From Nitrospira japonica (GTDB lineage: Bacteria > Nitrospirota > Thermodesulfovibrionia > Thermodesulfovibrionales > SM23-35): 43,269 nucleotides of DNA. Where the stretch lies: positions 1-43,269 of the forward strand of contig DYFC01000051.1 of the NCBI GenBank assembly GCA_020725385.1. Direction: 5' to 3'. Position 1 is the stretch's first letter, and every line of letters starts with the position of its first letter. The translations under genes and the position numbers were made by a program. A model generated the notes under the pieces. The model was not told the origin of the DNA, ran no database searches, and saw only the letters and a program-made list of their open reading frames with translations. Positions 38,624 through 43,269 of this stretch are shown piece by piece.

Positions 38624-41320
38624 GTGTCGGTTAAAAACCTTAATTTCTTTTTTAATCCGCGCAGGATAGCAGTTATTGGAGCAAGTGAAGACCCTGCTTC
38701 AATGGGATTCGTTGTTTTCAAAAATCTTCTTGGTAAAGGGTTTAAAGGCTCTGTTTATCCTGTTAATCCCAAGTTCGAATCTGTTCAGGGAGTAGAAGCA
38801 TATCCAAAAATAACAGATATTCAAAAAGAAATTGATCTTGCAATAATTGCTATTTGTCCTGAAGATCTAAATGTAATGTTGCCGGTTATACTCGAAGAAT
38901 GCGGAATAAAAGGAGTTAAAGGTGTTATTTTAATGTGTTTCGATTTTAAGACACGTATCGAGAATGCTTCGACACTATCTGAAAAAATAAGCCAGATTTC
39001 AACAAAGTATGATATAAGAGTGCTCGGACCTGATTCACTTGGATTCATAAAACCCGGATTGAATCTCAATGCAAGCCTTTTCCCGCATATTCCTGCAAAA
39101 GGCAACATTGCTCTGATAGCACAAAGCGCTACTTTATCATATGCATTGCTCGATTGGGCTGTTAGTAAAAATGTGGGATTCAGTTATTTTATATCTGTTG
39201 GAACTAAAATAGATATTAGGTTTGCAGACCTTATCGATTTTCTCGGGGTTGACCCTGACACAAGAGCTATTGTCCTTTATGTTGAATCAATTAAAAATGG
39301 TAGAAAATTTATGACTGCTGTAAGAAGCTTTGCTTCAAGTAAACCTATTATGGTAATTAAATCAGGTAAATACGAAGCTTCAGCACATGTATCCTTAACT
39401 CATTCAGGTTTTATGGCAGGGGAAGACAAAGTATATGATGCAGCATTTAAGAGGGCAGGGGCTATAAGACTTGATGAGACTCTCGACCTTTTTTATCTTT
39501 CGGAATCTTTATCAAAACTTCGCAGACCAAAAGGGAATCGTCTCGCAATAATAAGTAATTCCGGCGCTCCTACAGTAATTGCAATTGATACTTTAATAAG
39601 ACTTGATGGTGAACTTGCATCACTAAGCCCGGATACTGTAGAAACACTTCAGGGTAAATTTAAATTCGCAAAGTTCATCTCAAACCCTGTTGACCTACTT
39701 ATTGAGGCAACTCCTGAAGATTATGATATAGCCCTTAGAAGTTGTTTAAAGGATAAAGAAGTTGACGGAGTTCTGGTTATACATACACCAGCTTATGCTA
39801 CAAATACAAAAGATATTGCAAAAGCGGTTGTCTTGGCTGCTAAATCTTATCCATATAAACCTGTATTCACAACATGGATGGGTGAGGAACAGGTTCTTGA
39901 AGCAAGAGAATTTCTTACAAATAATGGTATTCCGACATATGTATCAACAGAACAGGCTATTCGTAGTTTTATTTACATGTATCGATATGACTACAACTTA
40001 AGAATGTTACTTGAAACCCCTGAAGTTATATTAAAAGATTTTGAGCCTGATGAGTACAAAGCTGAAGAAGTCATAAGAAAAGCTGCCGAGGATAAAAGAC
40101 TTATTTTGAACTTCCACGAAGTAAATGAGATTTTCAAACATTACGGTATTCCTGTCATAGAAACATTGGCAGCCTCAAGTGAAGAAGATGCTGTTCATCT
40201 TGCAGAGACAATCGGGTATCCAGTTGTTATGAAAATCGATTCTCAAAAGTTATTTCATAAACTTGAGCAGGGCGGGGTTATACTTAATTTGAGGGATCAA
40301 ATATCTGTCAGAAAAGCGTTCAGACAGCTTGATCATCTTGCGATTTTGCTAAAAGATCCTCATGCAAGAGTAATAATCCAGCCTATGGTACTGAAACGCG
40401 GGTATGAACTGGTTCTTGGTTCAAAAAAAGATCCAACATTCGGTTCTGTTATTATTTTCGGAACAGGAGGGGAATTAATTGAAGCCCTTGAAGATTATTC
40501 TGTTGGATTACCCCCATTGAATCAATCCCTTGCAAGAAGAATGATGGCCGAGACAAAAATTTTCAAATACCTGCAGAAAAATAAAGCATACGAAAAAACT
40601 CTGCGTTATCTTGAAGAAATTCTTGTAAGATTTTCTCATCTCATTATTCATTTTCCACATATAAAAGAAATTGACATAAATCCATTTTTTGTTACCGAGC
40701 AGGATGGTTTCGTTCTTGATGCAAGCATTCTTCTTGAAGCAGATGTTCTTGACGGGTTTGTTCCTGTTAAAGGAGAATTCTGTCCGCCCCATCTTTCAAT
40801 CTGTCCCTACCCGGATCAGTATATTGATATTTTCAAATTAAGAGAAGGCCCTGCTGTAATTATAAGACCTATCAGACCTGAAGATGAGCCTTTGTTTGAC
40901 GAACTTTTAAGAAACTCTTCTGAAAATACCCTGACAATGAGATTCTTCAGAAAAATATCCGATATATCACACGAGGAATTAACCCGTTATTGTCATGTTG
41001 ATTATGACAGGGAGATGTCTTTTGTTGCAGTTATTAGAGAAGGAGATTCGGAAAAAATGATCGGTGAAGTTAGAATGAGCAGGCTTCCGGATCTTGAAAA
41101 TGCTGAAATGGCGATAGTTGTTGGAGATCAATGGCAGGGTCAGGGTGTTGGAAAAGCTCTGAGTCTCCATTGCATAAAAATCGCAAAAGAACTCGGCATA
41201 AAAAAGATGTGGATGGATATTCTGAAAATTAACTCAAGAATGCTTTATAGGGCAGAAAAAATGGGATTCAAGAAAGTGTCTTCGGATGATGATTCTATAA
41301 AGGTAATGCTTGAGTTATGA
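38624..41320 (+). CDS. Protein lysine acetyltransferase Pat/Pka type (NDP-forming acyl-CoA ligase-like domains + C-terminal GNAT)
   Basis: 898 aa; IAVIGAS..YPVNP (CoA-binding), QSA, SNSG, NPVDL, ATP-grasp GYPVVMKI..EIDINP, then IRPIRPED..RFF..VDYDREM..WQGQGVG (GNAT motif A); GTG start. Confidence 0.9.
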   Translation: MSVKNLNFFFNPRRIAVIGASEDPASMGFVVFKNLLGKGFKGSVYPVNPKFESVQGVEAYPKITDIQKEIDLAIIAICPEDLNVMLPVILEECGIKGVKGVILMCFDFKTRIENASTLSEKISQISTKYDIRVLGPDSLGFIKPGLNLNASLFPHIPAKGNIALIAQSATLSYALLDWAVSKNVGFSYFISVGTKIDIRFADLIDFLGVDPDTRAIVLYVESIKNGRKFMTAVRSFASSKPIMVIKSGKYEASAHVSLTHSGFMAGEDKVYDAAFKRAGAIRLDETLDLFYLSESLSKLRRPKGNRLAIISNSGAPTVIAIDTLIRLDGELASLSPDTVETLQGKFKFAKFISNPVDLLIEATPEDYDIALRSCLKDKEVDGVLVIHTPAYATNTKDIAKAVVLAAKSYPYKPVFTTWMGEEQVLEAREFLTNNGIPTYVSTEQAIRSFIYMYRYDYNLRMLLETPEVILKDFEPDEYKAEEVIRKAAEDKRLILNFHEVNEIFKHYGIPVIETLAASSEEDAVHLAETIGYPVVMKIDSQKLFHKLEQGGVILNLRDQISVRKAFRQLDHLAILLKDPHARVIIQPMVLKRGYELVLGSKKDPTFGSVIIFGTGGELIEALEDYSVGLPPLNQSLARRMMAETKIFKYLQKNKAYEKTLRYLEEILVRFSHLIIHFPHIKEIDINPFFVTEQDGFVLDASILLEADVLDGFVPVKGEFCPPHLSICPYPDQYIDIFKLREGPAVIIRPIRPEDEPLFDELLRNSSENTLTMRFFRKISDISHEELTRYCHVDYDREMSFVAVIREGDSEKMIGEVRMSRLPDLENAEMAIVVGDQWQGQGVGKALSLHCIKIAKELGIKKMWMDILKINSRMLYRAEKMGFKKVSSDDDSIKVMLEL

Positions 41321-41363
41321 AAACATTGCTTTTTTTAAAAAGTAAAGGTAAACTTTTTATCAA

Positions 41364-41382
41364 ACCTCTCCATTTAGGGGAG
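41364..41382 (+). promoter_or_regulatory. Short hairpin in the porin 5' region
   Basis: CCTCTCC-ATTTA-GGGGAGG upstream of the AGGAGG RBS. Confidence 0.3.
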
Positions 41383-41408
41383 GAATCTTTCAAACCAAGG
41401 AGGGAGTC

Positions 41409-42665
41409 ATGAAAGGTATTTTCAAATGGTTCTTTGTGGCAACCCTGATAGTTCTTTTTACAGGCAATGTCTATGCCGAACCAACTGTAAAAGACTTACA
41501 GGGACAACTGGAAAAACTAATGAAACAGGTTGAAGATCAGAAAAAACAGATTGAAGCATTACAGGGGAAAATCAATGAGATGCAGTCAAAACAGGTGCAA
41601 CAGCCTGCTCCTGCTGCCCAGCCTGCTGAGGTAAAAGTAAACTCAAAATACAAAATCAATATTTACGGTAAATTAAAATTCGATGCAATTTATGATACCA
41701 ATAATATGGGAAGAGACGAATTTATCACTTATATCCCTAAAACAGCAGATGGCAAAGACCGCACTACTTTTAACGTTCGTGATACAAGACTTGGAATTGC
41801 GATTGATGGCCCATCACTTTATGGCTGGACTACAAAAGGACGTTTCGAAACCGATTTCTACGGCAATGCAGGGGACAATTCAAGCAATGGTGCTTTAAGA
41901 ATCCGTCTTGCATATGTTGATTTCGCAAAAGGAGATACTTCAATCAGAGTAGGTCAGGACTGGACACCTATTGCAAATCTTAATCCTACAACCCTCGACT
42001 TCGCGATTGCAGGATATAATGGTAATCTCTGGAACAGAACCCCGCAGATAACAGTTCAACAGAAACTCGGTGGAGGCTTTGAAGGTCTTCTCTCGCTTTA
42101 TCGTTATCGCTGGAGCGATGAGGAAGGTACAAATACCCAGATACATCTTCCATGGGTAGCAGCAAAAATTGGTTATAGCGGACTATTACTCGATCTCGAG
42201 AAAAAGGCATGGGTTTCACTCGGTGGTGCTGTCAGACACGGAGAGTCAAATGACAATAACATAACACCTTATCTTCTTGCACTTGAGATGGCAATCCCGT
42301 ACAATATGTTTGAACTTCGCGGTGAAGCTTACATGGGACAAGGACTTGGCAGTGAATACTTCCATAAAGGTGGTGCAATCAATGCAAGTGGCAATGCAAT
42401 TTTAACAAACGGTGGATGGGCACAGCTAAATGTAAAACCCCTTAAAGATCTTCAGGTAAATCTCGGGTATGGAATTGATGATCCAAAAGATGGCGATGTT
42501 GGCAGTGCATTTTACAGACAGAGCCAGTACGCATACGGTAACCTTATTTATGAAATCTTCAAAGATATTAGTGCCGGTATAGAAGCAACTTATGTTGATA
42601 CAGAATGGGATACCAAGAGCAATCACGGCTGGAGATATACAACTTCTTTAATCTATAACTGGTAA
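41409..42665 (+). CDS. DcaP-like outer-membrane porin with periplasmic N-terminal coiled coil
   Basis: Signal peptide, Gln/Lys coiled coil, IYGKLKFDAIYD, TRLG, FETDFYG, RIRLAYV, VGQDW, RTPQI, C-terminal aromatic YNW. Confidence 0.8.
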   Translation: MKGIFKWFFVATLIVLFTGNVYAEPTVKDLQGQLEKLMKQVEDQKKQIEALQGKINEMQSKQVQQPAPAAQPAEVKVNSKYKINIYGKLKFDAIYDTNNMGRDEFITYIPKTADGKDRTTFNVRDTRLGIAIDGPSLYGWTTKGRFETDFYGNAGDNSSNGALRIRLAYVDFAKGDTSIRVGQDWTPIANLNPTTLDFAIAGYNGNLWNRTPQITVQQKLGGGFEGLLSLYRYRWSDEEGTNTQIHLPWVAAKIGYSGLLLDLEKKAWVSLGGAVRHGESNDNNITPYLLALEMAIPYNMFELRGEAYMGQGLGSEYFHKGGAINASGNAILTNGGWAQLNVKPLKDLQVNLGYGIDDPKDGDVGSAFYRQSQYAYGNLIYEIFKDISAGIEATYVDTEWDTKSNHGWRYTTSLIYNW

Positions 42666-42674
42666 TTTTATTAA

Positions 42675-42699
42675 AAAGGGCGGGATTCCCCCGCCCTTT
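42675..42699. terminator. Bidirectional intrinsic terminator between porin and GGQ gene
   Basis: AAAGGGCGGG-ATTCC-CCCGCCCTTT with A-run before and T-run after. Confidence 0.8.
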
Positions 42700-43048
42700 A
42701 CTCATATTTTATTGCTGCTCTACTTTTTCTTTTTGCTTTTTGTTTCCTGATTTTTTTTATTTTTGAATCTTTACTTGATATTCCTGTGGCGATTTCGATC
42801 TTGTTAATAAGCTCTCTCCTTGCAAGAAAACGGTTTATTGATTGGCTTCTATCCTTCATGCATTTCACTTCAATACCGGTAGGGATATGTTTCAGATAAA
42901 CACATGTCGAGGTTTTGTTAACATTCTGTCCACCATGACCTGAAGAGCGAATGAATTTTTCCTCAATATCTTTTTCAAAAATATTGAGTTCTTCCATTCT
43001 TTTTTTAAGCCATTTATTTTTCTCTTCGCTTACTGCAAAAGTTGTCAT
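42698..43048 (-). CDS. Short peptide chain release factor-like peptidyl-tRNA hydrolase (GGQ domain + basic tail; ArfB/C12orf65 group)
   Basis: EEKFIRSSGHGGQNVNKTSTCVYLKHIPTG..RSQSINR..Lys/Arg-rich tail; ATG at 43048 (116 aa) preferred over the TTG at 43108. Confidence 0.88.
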   Translation of the reverse strand: MTTFAVSEEKNKWLKKRMEELNIFEKDIEEKFIRSSGHGGQNVNKTSTCVYLKHIPTGIEVKCMKDRSQSINRFLARRELINKIEIATGISSKDSKIKKIRKQKAKRKSRAAIKYE

Positions 43049-43141
43049 ATAAAATGTTCTTAAATTTTTAAACACGTCTGAAAGAAGTTTAAACTTTAAG
43101 ATAATCAAAAGGCAATACCTTGAAGGACTGTTAGGAATTTT

Positions 43142-43175
43142 TTAAAAGTGAACTGTTTACGAATTAAAAGTGAAC
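43142..43175. repeat. 12-bp direct repeat TTAAAAGTGAAC x2, 22-bp period
   Basis: Copies at 43142-43153 and 43164-43175 in the intergenic region. Confidence 0.6.
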
Positions 43176-43232
43176 ACCCATAATTGTTTTTTAAGAGGGG
43201 TGAAGTAACAGAACAAATATAAATAGACATAC

Positions 43233-43269
43233 ATGGAAAAAGCTGTTAAGAATCCCATAAGAGATGGAA
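43233..43269 (+). CDS. Possible start of a gene running off the right edge (MEKAVKNPIRDG...)
   Basis: ATG at 43233 with frame open to the edge; only 12 codons and no clear RBS. Confidence 0.25.
   Translation, partial: MEKAVKNPIRDG

Noticed and set aside
43049-43108. 20-aa N-terminal extension of the GGQ protein from a TTG start
   Set aside because: The ATG at 43048 gives a compact domain-sized protein and the extension has no support; the true start remains unverified.

Overview
AT-rich, gene-dense bacterial chromosome segment with no integrase, transposase, prophage or CRISPR array visible. Gene content suggests an anaerobic diderm, and my impression is Nitrospirota/Thermodesulfovibrionia- or Desulfobacterota-like (inference only). 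From left to right: (1) a minus-strand block with two c-type cytochromes, an ICMT/PEMT-type membrane methyltransferase, a 1420-aa four-domain PlsA/Ger-like activase-reductase, a 32-aa bS22/mS38-like ribosomal protein missed by the ORF track, and a short folate-independent-type methionine synthase; (2) DUF4139, a lone glyQ, DUF362, an M1+M28 double peptidase, Slp, an ABHD14B-like hydrolase, tRNA-Pro(CGG), a ChaN-like protein, cyclophilin, MgtC, aminotransferase IV and a lipoate ligase; (3) a partial type II secretion operon (gspF,H,I,J,K,L,M; no gspG/E/D; a GspC/N-like gene displaced and inverted about 5 kb away); (4) PPi-type PFK, class II aldolase, ribF, coaE and a PIG-L deacetylase; (5) an 11-kb same-strand acetate uptake/activation cluster: cNMP-CBS-DUF294 nucleotidyltransferase, DEDDh exonuclease, DUF485, ActP with an unusual 60-aa insertion, Acs, Pat and a DcaP-like porin; (6) a short GGQ peptidyl-tRNA hydrolase. 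The best candidate for an uncharacterised system is the nucleotidyltransferase/exonuclease pair heading the acetate cluster, followed by the putative ether-lipid locus. All family assignments come from motif recognition by eye; no database search was run.
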